From the NCBI GenBank assembly GCA_043228905.1, contig JBHGNT010000708.1, forward strand, positions 1 to 17,073: a stretch of DNA of 17,073 nt, read 5' to 3'. This stretch comes from Azolla caroliniana (Eukaryota > Plantae > Polypodiophyta). The notes beneath the pieces were generated by a model, which ran no database searches, had not been told where the DNA came from, and saw only the letters and a list, made by a program, of their open reading frames with translations. Both the position numbers and the translations under genes were made by a program. Shown piece by piece: positions 1 to 9,789 of this stretch (positions within the stretch are counted from its first letter, which is position 1; each line of letters begins with the position of its first letter).

Positions 1-1224
1 ATGACTTCATGACAGGCAGTAGTCTTTATCGACTTAAGAAAAGCATTTGACGTCGTGGATCATACAGTGCTACTAAACAAATTAAATTTAATGGAAATTC
101 GAGGTAAAGTTTATTCCATCTTTGAATCATACCTGAAGGATCGACCTCAGTATGTATCGGTCGGCAGTGCCAGCAGTGAAAGAATATTAAATATCTGTGG
201 AGTGCCTCAGGGCTCTGTATTAGGACCTTTGCTGTATTCACTTCTGGTGCTGTCGCTCAGGCAGGCTGGGTTAACCGGAAGGTACTATACGTTCGCGATG
301 ACACGGTCTTTGTTTATAGTGGAAGTAGTATACGAGAGCTTCAAAACATAGTTAATAACGATTTAAAAACTTACTCGAACTGGCATTTACATAACAAACT
401 AAAACTCAATACTGACAAGACAGTCTACATGGTTTTTCAACAAAAGAATACAGTAAACTTAGAGATTCACTTAACAATTAACAAAACAGCAATTTCCAAA
501 GTCCAGGTCACTAAATACCTGGGACTTATAATTGATGACAAAGTAAATTGGAGTTACCATATTGACAAAATAATCAATAAAATTGTACCGATGTTGGGAA
601 CCATATACAGAAGCCGTGATTACCTAAATCGAACAAAACCGTTATTTAATTTAAAATGCTTATGTTTTATCAAACATAAGGTACTTGATTGGTATTTGGG
701 GTACTTGTGGGTTGACCAACTTTAAAAAAATCCAAATTATGCAAAATAAAATAGTAAAGGTTATGTCTAAAAAGCCATATTTAACACCAACCGCAGAGCT
801 TTACAGTGCTGAAACTGCATTGCACCCAGTAAAGTATTTTATCGAGCTGGAACAGTGCAAACAAGTGTATAAGATATTACATGGAATACTTAAATGTAAT
901 ACTGAGCTTAGTTTTAATAACGAAATCCAGTCACTTCACGCGAGGAAATAGTAACATATATATCGAACCAATCCGTACCAATAAAGCTTTGTTTAACCCA
1001 CTTACACAGGCTGTGTAAGTGGTTTAAACGTATTTTTTTAGAAAATTTATTAGTGTATATTATTTGTGATTGTAATACTGATGTGAGTTATCTTTTTTAT
1101 ATGTACCTTAAAAAAATGTTATGTTTTTTGTATTATATTGTATATTATAATGTATGTGCAATTTGACATTTTTCCCGATGCCAGCGACATTCGCTGTTTA
1201 GGGAATAATAATAAAGAAAAAAAA
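1..1224 (+). mobile_element. 3' part of a defective non-LTR retrotransposon (CR1/L2 group): RT, C-terminus, 3' UTR and A-rich tail; continues upstream of the window
   Basis: Motifs FIDLRKAFDVVDH, GVPQGSVLGP, FADDT (broken by a frameshift near 297), LNTDKT and KYLGLIIDDKVNWSYHI. A further frameshift near 650-690. Ends in a hairpin (1172-1205), AATAAA (1210-1215) and an A run (1217-1224). Confidence 0.9.
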
Positions 1225-1299
1225 CATTTATTAAAAAAAAACATCTAAAAGCGAAAACTCTAACAAACTTGGTTTAATAATAAATTGAATAATATGAAA

Positions 1300-2825
1300 T
1301 ACATATACAAAATATTCTGAATTCTGACAATAAAAAAACAACAAACATGAAAATATATATATAAAATAAATCTTTAATATCATCATTTGCGATACATGAT
1401 TGGAGACATAAGGCTTCTAACAGAGTTAGAAACCGATTTCTTGTTTCGGTAAGAGTTAAGGCAGCTCTAGAAAACGGCCTTTTTAACTGGAGCTGAAGAA
1501 GCTGGCGTTGCCAAAAAGTCTTTGGCCATTACGGCAAGGTTTGAAAAAATGCATTTGTCTATTCCATCGTTCTAAAATATCTGCAGTACTGTCAGCTCTT
1601 GGGTCAGAAATATATTTGTTGATTTCGTAACGCCAGGCCATACAGTCGTCTGCATTTGGGCAGGTATAACAAACTTAGTAGATCTATTTTAAACTTTTCG
1701 ACACTACTATTTTTACTAGTATTTAAAGGTGCTGTTACGTGAAGTGATGGTTCAGAAATTTGATGTGCTTTAAAATATTTTTCAAGATGTTTAATTGATT
1801 CTATCTGCAACTCTTTTCCCCAACTTGTATTGGAAAATGTTTTCACTTTATGTCGGGGTTCTAAAATCACCACAACATAGTACATCCAGTTAGTTCGTTG
1901 CTAATGTTTAATGATTTTGTCCCTTGCCGCTTGAATACTATTTATAATCTTTTCATCGATTTCATCTCGATCAGGTTTGTTGTCAAGTTCCATAGCCCAC
2001 AATTCTAGTCCACCCAGCAACATATTAATGCCTACACCCTGTTGTTTCTGAGGAAGAGGTATGCATACGCCCCTAATAAAATGTCCATCCCGTACAATTA
2101 TTTACTATTTAGTTTTAGCTCAAATCTAATTATTATTAATTTTTTACTTTCTCCAACCAATTTGTAATTGTGCGGAATAGGCGTATTCCAACTGGCATAG
2201 GCTGCTGTCTCGGAATTAAGTGGGCTGGTTCTACCAAAAATGTTTTCGTAGACTCTAGTGTGTTTAGCTTGCATATGCCTCCTTAGTAAAGATGTTCCTC
2301 AGCTTTTCATTTTTAAAAATGTATTTTTTATGACACATAGGGCACATTTGTCTTGTTTGTCAGTATTTTTATAGTCATAGTCCTTAGTTTTATTCGTTTT
2401 ATTAGATACAATTTTATTAGCTTTAACTCGTTTTGCCTTTAGTGGCGTCGACCCTGTACTTTCTTCTTCTGGTTCGGTGTCATCGGATTCTGACCCTTTT
2501 TAATCTACGATATATTCTGAGCCGCTGCTTTGAAAAGATTCCGACTTCATTTCTGACAAATCACTTCTTAAATCAGACATGATAAATATTTTGCGGTCCC
2601 TGTTTATCCTTGAACAACGCTGCTCTACTAAAGTACGATCGTACATCGAGGGCCTGCTTGCTGTGTAAATCCCCTATTTAACCTCGGTGAATCCCCTATT
2701 TTAAAGTTTCGATGCGCATTTCACAGATCGCTATCAAGTAATATCAAGTAGTTTAATTTTACTTAATATCAAGTCAAGTCTTTAGGAAAAAAATCAAGCT
2801 ATTTATCTTGATAAATCTCTGACTA
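1300..2825 (-). mobile_element. Decayed, internally deleted hAT DNA transposon (BED finger and C-terminal dimerisation domain); left boundary approximate
   Basis: Minus-strand reading from ATG at 2580: MSDLRSD..., BED finger CALC (2335-2346)...GTSLLRRHMQAKH; then AARDKIIKH...YYVVVILEPRHK (hAT 'LDPRxK'); then LAVMAKDFLATPASSAPV / FSRAALTLTETRNR (~1430-1545, Dimer_Tnp_hAT-like). Many stops and frameshifts; the central DDE region is missing. Confidence 0.85.
2732..2816. repeat. Cluster of (TA)TCAAG short repeats, probably hAT subterminal repeats
   Basis: TATCAAGTA at 2732 and 2742, TATCAAGT at 2767, TCAAGT at 2774, ATCAAG at 2793, inverted CTTGATA at 2807 within the inverted repeat ATTTATC-TT-GATAAAT (2801-2816). 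Confidence 0.6.
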
Positions 2826-3308
2826 TCCGCGAGATATATAATTGTCAATCGAAGATTTCATGCGGAAAATCTTTGGTTTTTTGCGTCGTAGACGTTTATG
2901 GTCGTTCAAAGCGCCGTTTCTCTTTAATGGGTTCTCGGCCCTCTTTGAAGTCGTGCTACATATAGACGTTTTTTGTGCCATATTTTGATCCCAAACAAAA
3001 CTTGATGCAAGTTCTTTGGTCAACCAAAATCACCCATTGTAAAAATTACTTTTGTTTGTTTATAAAATCACGTGCTACTCGAAGAAATTAACTTTTTTTG
3101 ACAAACAGACATTTGACTAACATTATATAGTACTACCAACGTATAAAATTAAATTAGCTGCCTTTCTAATGCCCGGTAGTTTCAAATGACAACTTCACCT
3201 ATATTCTAGAATAAATACTAACTTTAATATTATATTTAAAAAAATAATATACGTTGTAAAAAGTTGTGCCTAATAAATCTACACCTAAATAAAATGCAAT
3301 TACCTTAG

Positions 3309-3636
3309 GCTACTATGAAGACCGTGGTATACCAGCAGAAGTATCGACTGAAGAACATTTAAACGCTATCCGCTACCACTTTAAAACAAGTATCTTGGAG
3401 CCCCTAAAAATTCAAGAACTTTTTATTTTGGACGTTAACAAATATATTGAAGAATTTTTAAGTATGGCGAGAAAAACTCAACCTTTAGAAGACGACCGGC
3501 AAACATTAAACGAAATTAAAGTCATCCAGGATCCAGAATATAGAAGGCTGGGCAGTTCGATTAATTTAGAATTGGCCGTCAAGCGTTACAATATTTATAG
3601 GTCGGATTGTTTTGATGAGGAATCTAGAGTCAAAAG
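3309..3636 (+). CDS. AGL: Glycogen debranching enzyme, internal exon A (328 nt; preceded by a phase-1 intron, followed by a phase-2 intron)
   Basis: Acceptor ccttAG (3307-3308) and donor AG|GTAAGT (3637). Translates (G)YYEDRGIPAEVSTEEHLNAIR...LFILDVNKYIEEF...IQDPEYRRLGSSINLELA...DEESRVK, matching remembered animal AGL (GIP..., DVNK, IQDPEYRRFG). The ORF track shows only the part from 3395. Confidence 0.93.
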
Positions 3637-3979
3637 GTAAGTACTTTTTTAGATATTTGACAAGCGGTCATCTATAAAATAGTATCATTTTTTTTAACTT
3701 CAAAGAATCTTTAATAAACCATTCCAAAATACAAAAAAAATATTTTTGGCTCATCCTCTTCCTATCATTTTATAACACATTAAATAATTCACCTAAATAT
3801 CTTATAGTTTACAGTATACTATACTTTTAAATAATATAGAGCACAATATGAATAAAAAGGCTGAGAAAATAACGCAAACAGGAAAACATCGGCATTTTGT
3901 TAACTATCATAAAAAAGACAGTTTTTTTGTAATGTAAGAAAGTTTATATACTTCAAAAGACCACTAAGCAAAGTGACAG

Positions 3980-4997
3980 GGTAAAAATGACTTAATTTTC
4001 TTTTTAAATTGTTTCATATGTAGAGGTCTGAAGCTTGAAGGTATATTTTAGCACCTCTGTACAAAATTTAATTTCGCATAAATCGTGATTGAGCGGTAGG
4101 CAACTCAATATGATTTTGTTGTCTAGTATAATACTCATGAAACTGATTTCTTATGTTTAGAGACAAATTTGAATGTCTACTCTTGCTTAAGATTCCATGA
4201 CTATAAAAAGCATACTTGACGTTGTACATATTGTCTAGATTAACAATATAATAGTTAGTATATAAACTTTTCGTTCTGAATCCGTGTGGAGTGAGTAAAT
4301 GTCCTTAATTGCTTTGTTTTGTAATATTCTAAGATTTTTAATATACTTTTTACAAGTTGGATACCATTCGAGCACCAATACTGCCAGTGGCTATGCATTA
4401 AACTAAAATACACAGACCTGAGTAGGTATGCAGGAACTGTAAAAGTAAGTCTTTTTAGAATACCAAAGGGAGAAGCAATCATATTTTATATATGATTAAT
4501 ATGATTTTCCCGAGTACTGTTCTATATATAAACCCAAACATTTTATCACATTTACAGTTTTAGTGTTTGATTATTAAAAACAAGGTTTTTTATACATGCT
4601 GATTTTTATTTATAACATATAAACATGAAACTGGACTTGTCTATCGTTTAGGGTAGGTATATGATTTCGCAGCCATTTTGACACCATGTCAAGATCTTGA
4701 AGTATACCCTGTTGTATGTTGTCATTTGACTTATTAGAATAGAGTAAGAGAGCATCATCTGCATATAATATAAATCCACCCTTTAACTGAAGTTTCGAAA
4801 GTGAGTTAATATAAATTAAAAAAAAGGGTAGGCCCTAAGATGGGGCCTTGCGGCACACCAGTATTAATACATTTTTCTGAACTTAGCACCCCATTCACCA
4901 GGACTCTCCGAAGCCTGTCTGATAAATAACGTTTGAATAGATCAAAACAAATAGCTTTGAATATCACAAACCATATTAATTGTTTTTGATATGGTGT
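3980..4997 (-). mobile_element. Old degenerate LINE (CR1/L2 group), C-terminal half of RT; boundaries approximate
   Basis: Minus strand: FDLFKRYLSDR...INTGVPQGPILGP (~4830-4945), YADD (4754-4765), LLRSVYFSLMHSH, HEYYTRQ...ILYRGAKIY, FKKKIKSFL. Many stops and frameshifts. Confidence 0.85.
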
Positions 4998-5239
4998 TGA
5001 AATCTCGGGATACTCGAAACTAGCAAGATCGAGGTCGGTGTAAGCACACGTTGAATTTTTGCTCCGCTTTTCGATCGTCTATTTGCTTATTAGTTTTCGA
5101 GTTTTGGTATTTGCTGAAAGTATCGTTTATTAAGGAACTGTGTTTCTTGTGTTGTGAAATCTTGTTTATTGTGGCAGCCCTTTCCTTGCTAAATTTATAA
5201 ATTCTACAAAACTGTAAGTACTATTTGTTATCAATCATA

Positions 5240-6031
5240 ATGCCTGCAAATAGCACCGCATGCGCTAACTGTTCTCAGTTTGTGTCCGACCGGGACGCAT
5301 CGAAACTTCAGTGCGACGGTTGCAAACGCCCGATACACGTCAGGTGTACTGATATCGTGCAGGAGGATCGCGTGACGCGGCAGAGGCTAAAGTCTGTTAA
5401 GAATGTCTGCAACTCTTGCGGAATATCACTAGATTTCCTTTAAGGATATAAAATCTCTTATAGAGTCGTTAAAAAACGACATGTGCAAAGGAGCTTGTCG
5501 AATTAAAAGAGAAGTTTAATGATATTAATAATAAACTAGCTGTTGTTGACAAATTAAAATCAGAGCAAATTTTCCGACGGTATCGTTTCAGGAAGCTTGC
5601 GACAGACTAACTCGCGCAAAAAATGTGCTGATCCGGGGTGTTTCTCGAGGTACCCGGTGATGCGGAAGCAATTAAGAACCATGCTAAACAGGCAGTTGAA
5701 AGTGTTTTGGGTGCTGTTAATTGTACTAATAAACCAGTTACGTTTTTTTCGAGTGGGAAAGCCAAATCCGGCCGGTAAATATTCCTGCTTAATAAAGGTG
5801 GTGTTGCCAAACGACCTTGACGTACGCACTGTTCTCAGAAACAAAAAAATGTTAATGGGAAAACCTAATACAGCGCAATATTCTATTATTAGCGACCAAA
5901 CACCTATGCAGGCAAAAATTTTAAAGGATCTGCGCACTGAGCTTGAGGACAGAAAGGCGTCTGGGGAGAAGAACATCACCATCAAGTACATAAATGGTAA
6001 TCCAAAAATAGTATCCAATTTTCGCCAATAA
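5240..6031 (+). pseudogene. CR1 ORF1 (PHD finger, coiled coil, RRM-like C-terminus), frameshifted
   Basis: ATG at 5240. CANC...CDGC...H..C...CNSC is a C4HC3 PHD finger. C-terminus RVGK...IKV...ISDQTPMQ...LRTELEDRKASGEKNITIKYINGNPKIV is typical of insect CR1 ORF1. The frame is broken several times between ~5440 and ~5750. Confidence 0.85.
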
Positions 6032-6035
6032 TAGA

Positions 6036-8799
6036 GTGACAACAGTACCGATGCCATTGTATTCGTCCTGTTTGTTGCTTTACACAAATTTAGCCTCACT
6101 TTATTCCAAATTTAATGAATTCTTATGTAATGTGGAAGATCTTAAACCTCAAGTTATATGTGTGACCGAAACCTGGTTAAAATCAACCGATCCAGACTCA
6201 ATTGTAAATATCAGTGGCTATAGTCTTTACAGATCCGACAGAGTAAATCGTATAGGTGGAGTTGCCTGTATATATCTTTCTAATGAAATTACCTCAAACT
6301 TTGTTGTAACTTACTGAGTCCGCCAGATACCTAGTATTGAGTCTCTGCACATTCACTTAAACAAGGCCTCTCTTAATATTAATCTTGTATGTGTTTATAG
6401 ACCAGGTGATGTCTGCTCTGACAGGAGCACCCAAATGCTGGAATACCTAAGGGAGTTATCTACGCTTGAAAACCTTATCGTCACAGGAGATTTTAATTTT
6501 CCCGACGCTTTCTGGCCTTTTGATCGTATCCCTGACGCAGAAAACTTCACCAACAATTTTATGCACTTTGTAGCAGACTCAAACCTTTTCCAGTTAGTAA
6601 CTAAGCCAACAAGATTCAGGGAAAACCATGCACCCTCAGTGTTGGACCTCGTTTTTACTAACGATGAACAGCTACTTACTGAACCACAATACCTACCTCC
6701 CATTGGGAAATCCGACCACGTCGTAATAACTACCTATATTCAGCTTAACCTACAAATATCAAAAAACCCCAAGTATGATGAAATAACAATTACTCATTAC
6801 GATGCTCTTTCCCATGAATTGGCCCAGGTTAACTGGGCCACATACCTACAGTCTGATACAGATCCAAACAGCATGTGGGAAACATTTTATTCCCTTTTAC
6901 TGACTTGAACTCCCATAAAAGTATTGTTCGTAAAAACCCATTTAAACCCTGGATTAACCACGAGTTGTTATCTTTAATTCATCATAAAAGACGACTGTGG
7001 AAAAAATTTAGACGATCAAATAACAGAAATGACTTTCAAGCCCATCGTATTTTTTCCAACAATCTCGCTGCAGCACTAAAAACATCACGCCGGGACCATG
7101 AAGAGTCAATTGCTAACTCAGACAATAACAAGAAATTTTACAAATTTATACGCGCAAATTTAAGCACCAAAGTCAATATTCCACTTCTTCAGAAAAACGA
7201 TGGTTCGATCTGCACTACTGATAACGAAACTGCAGAAGCATTGGCGGATAACTTCGCAAGCTGTTTTAGCGCCGAACCTGAAGACGATTATTTGCCCAAC
7301 CTACTAGCCGATCGCTTAGAGAATAGCCTAACGGACATAGCATTCACTCCGGAAATTCATTCTTCCCCTGGTCTTGACGGCATTAGCACATTCTTTCTAA
7401 AGAAATTTTCTGACATCCTCTGCACGCCATTGGCATTAATTATGTCTGCATATTTTTGCAATTCCCTCGTTCCACAGGCTTGGAAGAGGGCGTCAATAAC
7501 TCCGATCTTTAAAAAAGGAGACAAGTTAAATCCACTTAATTATAGGCCAATAAGTCTACTCTCTGTCCCATCTAAGATTATGGAGGCTATAATAGTAGAA
7601 GAAATGGCCAATTTCCTGATATTAAACTCCGTTATACCTTCTGAGCAACACGGGTTTGTTAAAGGCCGTTCTACTACTACGAATTTATTATCCTGTGTAA
7701 GCGACTGGACCAGTGCTTTTGATAGAAGAATCCCCACTGATGTGTTGTACCTTGATTTTTCCAAAGCGTTCGACAGAGTTCCATTTGAAAGACTAATTCA
7801 CAAATTGGAAATGTTTGGTATCAGAGGAAAACTTAACGTTTGGGTGCAGGACTATTTGTTAAATAGAACGTTCAAGGTTAAAGCTGGCGACTCGTTCTCT
7901 AACGAGAGAATTGTCAGCAGTGGAGTCCCTCAGGGTTCAGTCTTGGGCCCGCTAATGTTTATGGTGTACGTGAGCGACCTTGCTCTGCACATAGAGAGCA
8001 AAAAATCCTTTTATGCTGATGATACCAAACTGTACGCAAATCCATTGGAACACTATGCAACTCTCCAAAATGATATTAATCGAATCAGTCAATGGTGTTC
8101 CTCGTGGTCGCTACCACTTAATATCGAAAAGTGCGTGGTGTTGCACATAGGTAAAAATAATCCTGAGCTTCTGTATTTTATCAATAACCACCCTCTGGGT
8201 GCGGTGTCGTCGCATGTTGACTTGGGCGTGACCATCTCCTCCGATCTGACATGGTCTGCACACATTATCAATGTTTGCAAAAAAGCCAACACCATAATCT
8301 ACCTGATCCAAAAATCTTTTAGTTATTTAAACTTTGCTACTTCTATTAAATGTACAAAACCTACGGCCGTCCAATCCTGGAGTATGCTGGGCCGGTATGG
8401 TGTCCTGTGCTTGTGCGTGATAAAAACTTATTAGAAAACGTCCAACGACGTGCGACGAGAATCGGTCTTGGGGTGGATCGACCATCATACCTTGAAAGAC
8501 TGTTAAGTGCGAATCTCCCAACATTCGAGAAGCGTCGTTTTCGCGGCGACCTAATTATGACATTCCGTATACTCAGGTACAATTATGCCAACCTAAGTGA
8601 CATGTTCCGGTTGAACCGCGACGCTCGCTTGCGTGGACATTTACTGAAATTAATAAAGGAACGAATTTATACCAGACAGAGAGAAAATTTCCTGACTAAC
8701 AGGGTTTTTGATACTTGGAACAATTTTCCTGGTAGTGTTGTGGACTCGAATTCTTTGAACACATTTAAGAACAGAATAGACGATCTTCTTTTTTCTTAG
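6036..8799 (+). pseudogene. CR1 ORF2 (AP endonuclease and reverse transcriptase), disrupted
   Basis: APE motifs YTN, VTETWL, GGV, YRP, TGDFN, LDLVF, SDH. RT motifs PGLDG, NYRPISLL, QHGF, YLDFSKAFD, GVPQGSVLGP, YADD (8012-8023). Lesions: in-frame TGA at 6315-6317, frameshifts near 6900 and 8348, and an apparent short deletion near 7355. Confidence 0.92.
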
Positions 8800-8889
8800 T
8801 GTTTACTGTGTTACCATGTACTTTTAGTTTTTATTAGGCTTTAATAGGACCTGTTCCTCAGCCTTTAATTAGGTTTAATATTAATAATA

Positions 8890-9235
8890 CTAAAAACCTA
8901 TATTGATATTCATATAGAAATCCAATATGCTTTAAATACTGAGCTAATCTTATGTTAATAAGTTTTTCAAATAATTTAGAAAACACAGGTAGGACTGAGG
9001 CTGGTCTATAATTAGTGGATGATTCCCGGTCGCCATCCTTGAAGATTGGACTTACTCTTGCCGTTTTCATTTTCGATGGTGCCACTCCGACTGTAAGACA
9101 ATGATTAACAAGCTTAGAAAAAAGTTCAACCACTTCATGATTACACTCATTTAATGCACGAATATCTATACCGTCACTTCCAGTTGCTTTGTTGGAGTCT
9201 AATTCTTTAATTAGCTTCAACACCTTTTTTTACTT
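8890..9235 (-). mobile_element. Degenerate LINE, N-terminal part of RT (probable upstream half of the 3980-4997 element)
   Basis: KATGSDGI...KTARVSPIFKDGD...NYRPASVLPVFSKLFEK...QYRF. Homology stops exactly at the tail of the CR1. Confidence 0.85.
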
Positions 9236-9482
9236 TACTTGCTAAACTTTTTTTCTCTTTATTAATAACAGTTCTACCTAAATTCGTTAGATGTCCTTTC
9301 CTTTAAATTTAGCTTTTAGGTAAATTTTTTGTAACACCTATCCTATAGGTTTTGTAAATATTTGTCTGAAGAAGTTACTGTGTTAACGAAACATGTGGCA
9401 TTTTTAATATAATGTTAATTATTTTTTGTGAAAATCTAAAACTCATTGTTTTATTTATTTAAATATTTTTGCTTGTTTTAAG

Positions 9483-9659
9483 ATGCGCTGAGGATTTTAA
9501 GAAAAAACTTGAAGAACTAAATGAAAGTATTGCCAAGGAAGTTGCTGACGACTTAAATCAAGCAGTTGAAAATGTCGTTGCCGGAATAAAATATTTTAGA
9601 GTACAACCCGATGGTCCAAGATTTAAGGATATCACTATCGATCATCCCTTAGTATACAG
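9483..9659 (+). CDS. AGL: Glycogen debranching enzyme, internal exon B (177 nt, phase 2/2)
   Basis: T-rich tract then ttaAG (9481-9482); donor AG|GTAAAT (9660). Translates CAEDFKKKLEELN...QAVENVVAGIKYFRVQPDGPRFKDITIDHPLVY(R), like AGL 'EELN...QAV...GPK...HPLVTRYF'. The split codon AG+A = Arg joins exon A in frame. Confidence 0.93.
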
Positions 9660-9789
9660 GTAAATTTAGTAATTTTGAACTAAATTGCAGTTATAATTTT
9701 TTAATTTTAAATTTAGAAGCATAATAATCATTAAATATATTTTTTATAATACCTGAAAACAATAAATACTTGATTTTTTACTTTGTGTG

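Larger units (their letters stand above)
4998..8889 (+). mobile_element. Near full-length CR1-clade non-LTR retrotransposon (5' UTR, PHD ORF1, APE-RT ORF2, short 3' UTR); defective copy; 5' boundary approximate
   Basis: Two-ORF layout. CR1-type C-terminus RRFRGDLIMTFRIL...RGHLLKL...RENFLTNRVFDTWN.FP..VV.S.SLNTFKNRID. 3' hairpin at 8836-8864 followed by a TAA-like tail. Confidence 0.92.

Noticed and set aside
5560-6099. 179-aa minus-strand ORF and the other antisense ORFs over the TEs (e.g. 6395-6703, 7540-7764, 8089-8582, 12745-13128, 15211-15477)
   Set aside because: Shadow ORFs opposite TE coding frames, with no recognisable motifs.
6315-6317. In-frame TGA in CR1 ORF2 as programmed readthrough or selenocysteine
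   Set aside because: The same copy has several frameshifts and a deletion, so a simple nonsense mutation is more parsimonious.
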